In this document: positions 15,901 to 20,000 of the stretch, one piece after another
Layout of the letters: the number at the start of each line of letters is the position of its first letter
How positions within the stretch are numbered: position 1 is the first letter of the stretch
Assembly (NCBI GenBank): GCA_019239975.1
Contig: JAFAZE010000175.1
Span: 1 to 20,000, forward strand
DNA from: Streptosporangiaceae bacterium
GTDB taxonomy: Bacteria; Actinomycetota; Actinomycetes; Streptosporangiales; Streptosporangiaceae
Direction: 5' to 3'
DNA: 20,000 nucleotides
The notes under the pieces: generated by a model
Told to the model about the DNA's origin: nothing
Seen by the model: the letters and a program-made list of their open reading frames with translations, nothing else
The model's database searches: none
Made by a program: the position numbers and the translations under genes

Positions 15901-17120
15901 TCGCCGAACCGGCCGGCGGCTGGACCGCGACGCTCAACGGCCGGCCACTGACACCGCTGTCCCAGCCGGCCGACGGGTGGGCCCAGGGCTTCGTGCTCCC
16001 GCCGGGCGGCGGCCAGCTCGCGATCGGCCGCGACGAGATCCCCCGCGACCTGAGCCTGGGTGCGGAGCTCGCCGCCCTGCTCGCGGTCTGCGCGCTCGCG
16101 CTGCCGGGCAAGCGAGCCGAAGCCACCGCCGGCGCCCAGCCGGCGCCCGCCGGCGCGCGCCGGGGGCGGCGGGCGTCCAAGGCCGCGGACCGCGGCCGCC
16201 GGGACGGAGCCACGCCGCGCCGCAACCGGGCCGCTGACCGCCGGGACGGTGCCCCGGAGCGCCGTCCGGCCAGGGCCCCGGCCGTGGCCGGCCGCCGGCG
16301 CCATGGCGCGCCCCTTCCGGGCGATGACACCGCCGTGGCCCGGGACGCCGCCGTGACCGGGGACATCGCCGGGGCCGGTGCGAGCGGCCCCGCCGAGCCC
16401 CCGTGGCCCGGCGGTTCGGGCCCGCGTCCGGCGTTCGACCCGTTCGGCCCCACCAGGCGGGGTGGTTCGGGCCCCCAGCCAACCTCGGACCCCGGCCGGC
16501 CCGCCGACTTCAGCTGGCCCGGCAGCGCATGGTCGGGAGATGACGCCTGGTCCTCGGATCTGCCCCCGCAGCCCCCTCAGTCTCGACAGCCCGCTCAGCC
16601 CCCGCAGTCCGTGCAGCCCCCGCAGTCTGCGGAGTTCAGCTGGCGCGGTCATGGCCCGTACACGGATGCTGGCTGGCCAGATGAGGCCGGGCAGCGCGGC
16701 GATCCCGGCTGGCCAGATGAGGCCGGGCAGCGCGCCGATCCCGGCTGGCCAGGTGACTCCGGCGCGTACGATGCCGGCGGCCCGGGTGAGAGCGGCCCAC
16801 GCGCCGATCCCGGCTGGCCTGGCGATTCCGGCATTCAGGCCGATCCCGCGTGGCCTGGCGATTCCGGTCTTCAGTCCGGTTCTGGCTGGGCCTTCGGCCG
16901 CCAGGACCGTTCGGGTGACCCGGCTGAGCCGGGGCCGCCAGATGACGACAGCTGGCCAGCCCGCGCCGCCGAGCCCGTCGCGGCGGCCCCTCCCGCCACT
17001 TCCGACGCGGCCGGCACGGGCGGCGGACGCGGCTCGCACCGGGCGGCGCGGCACGGGCGACGGCCGGGCGGCCGCAGGCGCGGCTCCGCCGCACAGGACA
17101 CGGATGGCGGCCGGCGGTGA
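12975..17120 (+). CDS. Giant family-2 glycosyltransferase (WbbL/COG1216-like GT-A domain) fused to a large polytopic membrane region, an extracytoplasmic-looking domain, a last TM helix and a ~330-aa disordered W-P-repeat tail
   Basis: GT2 motifs are 'VTAVIVAHDGSRLLPGLVQAL', 'WVWLLHDDCEP' (DxD-type) and 'VGGFDPWLPLFRDDLDFCWRVHGAG'. About 600 aa of Ala/Leu/Gly-rich hydrophobic segments follow. Next comes a soluble-looking region ('ARTLVLRRDDGEVTYFVARQGDPALGD...') and then a TM helix ('LSLGAELAALLAVCALALPG'). The stop overlaps the next GTG in a GTGA junction. The start is uncertain. GTG 12975 or TTG 12987 are preferred. GTG 12846 (track) has a GGAG 5 nt upstream, but the intervening 43 codons are rich in rare A/T-ending codons (GTA, ATT, GTT, TTA, TGT). 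Confidence 0.85.
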   Translation: MPGPLSPTSPQPRHIVTAVIVAHDGSRLLPGLVQALGAQTYPVHRVVGVDTGSRDRSGAVLAELIGQDAVFGMDRDTGFGAAVAMALGQGTSRRLSPERHQREWVWLLHDDCEPAPGALERLLSAASRDGSAAVLGPKVLDWADRRVLREAGISVDRAGRRVTGIEPGEIDQGQHDGNRGVLAVSSVGMLVRREVWERVGGFDPWLPLFRDDLDFCWRVHGAGQRVQVITSAVVYHRELAARQVRAIEGGRPRRLDRRNALYVLAVNLPVIAMARILAGCIAGSLLRAAYFLLTKQPDRAWDHLGALGGVLGHPGRLWRARRRRAAGRRQAYNAVRMYIRPGRTVARLAEQVAGLLSSGPPRASGGLHQASEEPEDEQFIESQSLVRRVLANRCVQLCAALVVIALVAERRLLGSGPLGGGALVPAWGGASGLWREYLAGYHSAGAGSAASAPPYLAVVAACATLLGGKPWLAAEVLLLGCVPGAGLTAYLATRRITTVTAARVWMAASYALLPVAMGAIAAGRLGTAVAFMLIPLIGMAAGRMLTGAPRAARRAAWAVALLVAVAAAFVPLLWPLAAVFAAGAAARRRGGPLPVVNAAIVAVVPGVLLLPWTVHLLSSPSAFLLEAGVQRAGLATTDLRAGSLLLLSPGGPGLPPVWVTAGLGLALAATLLPHRRAPLVLTGWCVALGGLAAAVAVSRASVTPVQGGAPVSAWPGAALAVTAAGLLAAAAPAAEWLARMAGVRPAGPASARGAGGQEAREGIAEAAEADGGPAAARGFRRAAAVTALAAAATAPVLAAVYWVGGGVRGPVAPVASPVLPAFVSASSGAPGWARTLVLRRDDGEVTYFVARQGDPALGDPELTEPAATRDALSRTVASLAATDSADAGDPGQLLSGFAIKWVLLPGPVDPGLAQQLDGAAGLVSLSKSAAYDLWEVAGPVARARVVSPDGTVVTLPSGQVTLAGDSAPRAGGTLLLAEPAGGWTATLNGRPLTPLSQPADGWAQGFVLPPGGGQLAIGRDEIPRDLSLGAELAALLAVCALALPGKRAEATAGAQPAPAGARRGRRASKAADRGRRDGATPRRNRAADRRDGAPERRPARAPAVAGRRRHGAPLPGDDTAVARDAAVTGDIAGAGASGPAEPPWPGGSGPRPAFDPFGPTRRGGSGPQPTSDPGRPADFSWPGSAWSGDDAWSSDLPPQPPQSRQPAQPPQSVQPPQSAEFSWRGHGPYTDAGWPDEAGQRGDPGWPDEAGQRADPGWPGDSGAYDAGGPGESGPRADPGWPGDSGIQADPAWPGDSGLQSGSGWAFGRQDRSGDPAEPGPPDDDSWPARAAEPVAAAPPATSDAAGTGGGRGSHRAARHGRRPGGRRRGSAAQDTDGGRR
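16671..16742 (+). repeat. Near-perfect 36-bp tandem duplication (12-aa unit GWPDEAGQR[GA]DP) within a longer degenerate W-P motif array
   Basis: 16671-16706 and 16707-16742 differ at one base (35/36 identical). Degenerate copies continue ('DPGWPGDSG', 'DPGWPGDSG', 'DPAWPGDSG') to about 16870. Confidence 0.9.
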
Positions 17121-18589
17121 GGAACCGGCTGCTGTCGTTCGCCGCGGTGCTTGCCGCGCTCGGCCTTGTCTACCTGGCCGCCTGGCGTACGGCGCCCGCT
17201 GGGACGCGCCCCCCGAGGCAAGCGAACAGCCAGGTGGCCGCCGTCACCTCGGCCGTCCGCGCCTGCCCGCCGCCCGGGCCTGGCAGCAGACCCGGGCGCA
17301 TTGCGATGATCGCGATGCCGTCCGGCGCCGGGACGGGCAACGCGGTGCTGACGCCGGTCACGGCGATCACTCCGGCGGCCGGTGCTCCGGGGCGCGCTCA
17401 CCGTGCACAGCCTCAGCAGGTGAGCGTCTCCCAGCCGGGCGCCCTGTCGCTGGAGACAGCGCCCGGCACGGCCGGCACGGCGGTCACCGCGGACGGCGCG
17501 ATGGCTCAGGGACTGGAGGCCGAGCAAGCGAGCGCGTCCGGCGTGTCCGCGACCATCTGCGGCAGCCCAGGCTCGGACATGTGGTTCGTCGGCGCGGGGC
17601 AGGAGACCGCGGCGAACATCCAGCTCTACCTGATGAACGTGGGCGGCCTGGCGGCGAGCGTCGACCTGACCATCGTGACCGACTCCGGTGTCGCACAGGG
17701 CAGCCTGGACACAGGAATCACGGTCCCGCCGCACCAGTTCGCCGTGCAGAGCATCGCACCGTTCATTCACGGCTCCGGCGTGCTCGCGCTTCATCTGCAG
17801 ACCACGGCCGGGCAGGTCGCCGCGTCCGTCTGGGAAGGCCCCGCCCGGGGCTCTGGCGGCTTCTGGCTGCCCAGGGCCGCGGCGCCGGCGACCCGCGTGG
17901 TGGTACCCGGCCTGATGGCGGTCAGCGGCGCGGCCCGGCTCTTCGTCGCGGTACCCGGCGATACCGACGCCCAGGTCAAGGTGACGGCGGTTACTCCGCA
18001 CGGTAGCTACCAGCCGTTCGGGTCCACTGCGCTTGACGCGCCCGCCGCGGCCGCCTCGTCGTTCACGCTCAATTCGCTGGGCGGCACGACCGCGGCCATC
18101 GAGCTGACCTCCAACGTGCCGGTCACCGCGGCGATGCTGGTGCCGGCGAACGGAATCGGCGCGGTAACCGCGGCGGCCGGCCCGGTGAACGAGCAGGGCA
18201 TCGTGGCCGGCAATCCGGCCGCCCCGGGGCTCGCCACCACGCTGCTGCTGTCGGCGCCCGGAGCCGCCGTGCGTGCCAGCGTGAGCACCGGCCGTCCGGC
18301 CGTGTCCGGACAGGCAGCGTCCGGACAGGCAGCGTCCGCCACGCAGGTCGTGACGGTACCGCGCGGTCATACGGTCGCGGTGACGATACGGCCACCGCGG
18401 GGCACCACCCCGGCGTTCGCGGTCGTGATCACCCCGCTCGCCGGCTCCGGGCCGCTGTACGCCGCGCGCCTGGTGACCGAGGGCGGCGCCCCCGCCGGCA
18501 CGGTCATGTCGGTCCTGCCGGTCCCGAGCGCGCCCACGGCCGTCAGCGTCCCGCAGGTCCGTGACGCCTACACCGCCATCATGCCGTAG
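17117..18589 (+). CDS. N-terminally anchored/exported protein, DUF5719-like, translationally coupled to the GT2 gene
   Basis: GTG 17117 overlaps the GT2 TGA (17118-17120). The N-terminal hydrophobic anchor is 'LLSFAAVLAALGLVYLAAW'. The mature part is Ala/Val/Thr/Gly-rich and looks beta-rich ('MWFVGAGQETAANIQLYLMNVGGLAASVDLTIVTDSG'). GC3 in this frame is high. The DUF5719 assignment comes from remembered synteny with the large GT2 and from sequence style, not from a search. Confidence 0.7.
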   Translation: MRNRLLSFAAVLAALGLVYLAAWRTAPAGTRPPRQANSQVAAVTSAVRACPPPGPGSRPGRIAMIAMPSGAGTGNAVLTPVTAITPAAGAPGRAHRAQPQQVSVSQPGALSLETAPGTAGTAVTADGAMAQGLEAEQASASGVSATICGSPGSDMWFVGAGQETAANIQLYLMNVGGLAASVDLTIVTDSGVAQGSLDTGITVPPHQFAVQSIAPFIHGSGVLALHLQTTAGQVAASVWEGPARGSGGFWLPRAAAPATRVVVPGLMAVSGAARLFVAVPGDTDAQVKVTAVTPHGSYQPFGSTALDAPAAAASSFTLNSLGGTTAAIELTSNVPVTAAMLVPANGIGAVTAAAGPVNEQGIVAGNPAAPGLATTLLLSAPGAAVRASVSTGRPAVSGQAASGQAASATQVVTVPRGHTVAVTIRPPRGTTPAFAVVITPLAGSGPLYAARLVTEGGAPAGTVMSVLPVPSAPTAVSVPQVRDAYTAIMP

Positions 18590-18663
18590 CCCGTGCCGCC
18601 AGCGTCCGTGCGGAGCAAGCTCCGCCGGCCAGACAATCGTCAGGCGTGTTTTGCGGGGTGCAC

Positions 18664-18777
18664 GGTCTTGGCGGCCGGAAAGGCGGCGCTCACCTGTGCG
18701 CGGTCTTGGCGGCCGGAAAGAGGGCGCTCACCTGTGCGCGGTCTTGGCGGCCGGAAAGGCGGCGCTCATCTGTACCC
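18664..18777. repeat. 3 x 38-bp tandem direct repeat, non-coding
   Basis: U1 is GGTCTTGGCGGCCGGAAAGGCGGCGCTCACCTGTGCGC (18664-18701). U2 (18702-18739) has 2 mismatches to U1. U3 (18740-18777) has 3 mismatches to U1. The 38-bp period is not a multiple of 3. Each unit contains two imperfect palindromes (CTTGGCGGCCGGAAAG and GCGCTCACCTGTGCGC). Confidence 0.9.
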
Positions 18778-18882
18778 GCCCGTCGCGCTGGGGGTTCGCG
18801 TGGGGCGTGGACGGTGGCGGCCGCGCTTGCGGCCTCCGCGGGGGCTGCCGGGGGCTGCGGGTGCGGGGGCGTGGCTGGCCGG

Positions 18883-18928
18883 TTTGGGTGCGATCCGTGT
18901 TGTGAGGGCAGCGCGGATCGCACCCAAA
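18883..18928. other. Strong hairpin (15-bp perfect stem, 16-nt loop) in the convergent intergenic region. Possible terminator or structured RNA element.
   Basis: TTTGGGTGCGATCCG (18883-18897) pairs with CGGATCGCACCCAAA (18914-18928). One further G:C pair, flanked by G:U wobbles, is possible inside the loop. Confidence 0.5.
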
Positions 18929-19033
18929 TCCCCGGTTCGGCGGAATGGCTGGGCTGGGTTCGGGGCGTGGTTCGTCATTCGGGCATGACAGGGGAAGGCC
19001 CCCGCCGTGGCTACTACTCGACCGGCACTCTAG

Positions 19034-19057
19034 CTGACTAGCTAGCTAGCTAGTCAG
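19034..19057. repeat. 24-bp perfect palindrome built on (CTAG)4. It gives stop codons in all six frames and contains the stop codon of the minus-strand zincin-like gene.
   Basis: CTGACTAGCTAG|CTAGCTAGTCAG. CTAG x4 sits at 19038-19053, with one more CTAG at 19030-19033. TAG occurs in all three phases on both strands, with flanking TGA/TCA. Confidence 0.9.
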
Positions 19058-19523
19058 GCTCGCTGTAGCCGGGATCGATCGTCTCCGGGTCAAGGCCCAG
19101 CACCTGCGCCAATTCCTCGACCACCACGTCGAAGACCAGCTCGCCGAGCTCGTCCTCGTCGTCCGCGCGGGCCATCAGCGGCCGCCGGTACAGGACGATA
19201 CGCGCGGCACTGGCCGGCCTGGCCGGGTCGCTCGAGTCCGGCGAGCCGGGGACCACCCGCGCGAGCGGCACGGACCCGGGCTCGTCGGTCAGTTCGTCTT
19301 CGTCCGGGACCTCCTGGACGGCGAACTCGACCCCGGACAGCTCGGTCTCCCAGCGCGGCTCAAGGCGCGCCACGGCGTCGAGCACGAGGTCGTCGAACTG
19401 CTGCGCCCGGCTGCGGTACAGCGGTACCCCGGGCGGCACCAGCCTGCCGCGCAGCCCCCTGCCGTGACGGTCTCGCCGCCGGACGCGCGGGCCCGGGGCG
19501 GAGCCGGTGTCGCCGGTTTGCAC
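19050..19523 (-). CDS. Small zincin-like ('metallopeptidase family', Zincin_1/DUF1025-like) protein lacking the HExxH motif
   Basis: 'RRRDRHGRGLRGRLVPPGVPLYRSRAQQFDDLVLDAVARLEPRW...VEFAVQEVPD...IVLYRRPLMARADDEDELGELVFDVVVEELAQVLGLDPETIDPGY' matches the conserved actinobacterial family found next to DUF3499. The preferred start is GTG 19523; GTG 19619 (track) is possible. The stop TAG (19052-19050) lies inside the CTAG palindrome. Confidence 0.7.
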   Translation of the reverse strand: MQTGDTGSAPGPRVRRRDRHGRGLRGRLVPPGVPLYRSRAQQFDDLVLDAVARLEPRWETELSGVEFAVQEVPDEDELTDEPGSVPLARVVPGSPDSSDPARPASAARIVLYRRPLMARADDEDELGELVFDVVVEELAQVLGLDPETIDPGYSEPD

Positions 19524-19819
19524 AGCTACCGAGCGTATCGCTCCCGGATTGCTGCGCGGTACGGCCAAGGGGCAGAACAACCCGGTTCCTGACCGGGCAA
19601 GAGCCGCAAAGCACGACACGATCGCGAACGGTGGCCGGGTGATGGCGTTACCGGCCGCGGATGGATACCGTCAGCCGTTGTGAGCGTCGATTCGAGGTGC
19701 GTGCCCCGGGGGAGACGGGCACGTCCCGGCGAAGCTCATGACGGCATCGCTTTCCGGAGTGCCGGCACCGGCCGCGCTGCTATCGTGACCATCGAAGATC
19801 ATGTGAGCGAGGTGGGCTG

Positions 19820-20000
19820 GTGAACTCCCGTTGCTGCTCACGCCCTGCGTGCAAGCAGCCTCCCGTCTACACGCTCACGTATGTGTACCGCGACTCCACC
19901 GCCGTGCTCGGCCCGCTGGCCGCCTACGTCGAGCCGCACTGCTACGACCTGTGCGCCGCGCACGCCGACCGGCTGACCGCGCCCCGCGGCTGGGACGTGG
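19820..20000 (+). CDS. DUF3499-family protein (Cys-rich, zinc-ribbon-like N-terminus), 3'-truncated by the window edge
   Basis: GTG 19820 lies 5 nt after GAGGTG. The translation 'VNSRCCSRPACKQPPVYTLTYVYRDSTAVLGPLAAYVEPHCYDLCAAHADRLTAPRGWDV' is the typical DUF3499 opening. It is divergent from the zincin-like gene, as in other actinobacteria. It is absent from the ORF track because the frame runs off the window. Confidence 0.75.
   Translation, partial: MNSRCCSRPACKQPPVYTLTYVYRDSTAVLGPLAAYVEPHCYDLCAAHADRLTAPRGWDV

Noticed and set aside
13248-18370. Long alternative-frame or antisense ORFs in the GT2/DUF5719 region: 13248..14996(-), 13811..15499(+), 14336..15262(-), 15420..17054(-), 16378..18006(+) and 16871..18370(-)
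   Set aside because: They are shadow ORFs with Arg/Gly/Pro-dominated translations. The annotated frames carry the GT2 motifs, hydrophobic TM segments and high GC3.
12909-18737. The octamer ACCTGTGC recurs upstream (12909-12916, 12971-12978) and downstream (18692-18699, 18730-18737) of the GT2/DUF5719 operon, suggesting a shared regulator site
   Set aside because: The same octamer occurs inside the DUF3499 coding region (19947-19954). Very similar strings (CTGTGCGCGG, TCTGTGCGC, CCTGTGCC) occur inside fbiB, the DUF559 gene and the GT4 gene. It therefore looks like a compositionally favoured k-mer. I could not do an exhaustive count by eye.
18664-18777. Possible mini-CRISPR array formed by the 38-bp repeats
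   Set aside because: The units are directly contiguous and near-identical over their whole length. There are no unique spacers and only three copies, and no cas genes lie in the window. This is a plain tandem repeat.
18840-18869. Canonical G-quadruplex motif GGGGG-N5-GGGGG-N4-GGG-N3-GGGGG on the plus strand
   Set aside because: The motif is real in the sequence. However, such G-run patterns are expected frequently by composition alone in DNA this GC-rich. I note it only as part of the structured gap, not as an independent functional call.
18561-19041. Three overlapping plus-strand ORFs (114, 131 and 131 aa) and two minus-strand ORFs in the 18590-19049 gap
   Set aside because: All frames are open simply because of GC content. 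The 38-bp repeat period is not divisible by 3, so repeat conservation is at the nucleotide level. The translations are R/G/A low-complexity, and no SD/start context is convincing.
1-20000. A search for tRNA/rRNA genes, transposase/integrase genes, terminal inverted repeats of IS elements, retron/RT, Cas or other defence-island hallmarks
   Set aside because: None was recognised. There are no T-loop (GGTTCGAAT-like) cloverleaf candidates and no DDE/tyrosine-recombinase-like translations. No convincing target-site duplications flank the DUF559 gene.

Overview
This is a very GC-rich segment with strong G/C bias at third codon positions, typical of an actinobacterial chromosome. It carries a mostly conserved, housekeeping-type neighbourhood. 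In order: the 3' end of an SDR/epimerase-like gene, then moaE, a PDZ/Lon-S16 membrane protease, a GT4 glycosyltransferase and a GDP-mannose-pyrophosphorylase-like nucleotidyltransferase. Next come an AlkA-type DNA glycosylase, fbiC, an orphan AbiEi-like wHTH/DUF559 gene, and the fbiA-fbiB operon on the minus strand. whiB (WhiB/WhiB2 orthologue) lies divergent from fbiA. After it sit a translationally coupled pair (a giant GT2 + polytopic-membrane protein and a DUF5719-like anchored protein), a 460-bp repeat-rich non-coding gap, a zincin-like protein that has lost HExxH, and the start of a DUF3499 gene. I recognise no rRNA, tRNA, CRISPR array, transposase, integrase or classical multi-gene defence island, and I cannot support a clear-cut new multi-gene system here. 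Four items are most worth a second look. (1) The uncharacterised GT2-membrane/DUF5719 module beside whiB, including its W-P repeat tail. (2) The orphan AbiEi-like/DUF559 gene wedged between the F420 genes, with a perfect 48-bp palindrome in its upstream region. (3) The 18590-19049 gap, with 3 x 38-bp tandem repeats, a 15-bp-stem hairpin and a (CTAG)n six-frame-stop palindrome. (4) Recurrent Pro/Gly/Ala-rich tandem-repeat insertions inside otherwise conserved enzymes (FbiC, FbiB, AlkA-like). All family assignments come from reading the translations and motifs by eye. No database search was run.
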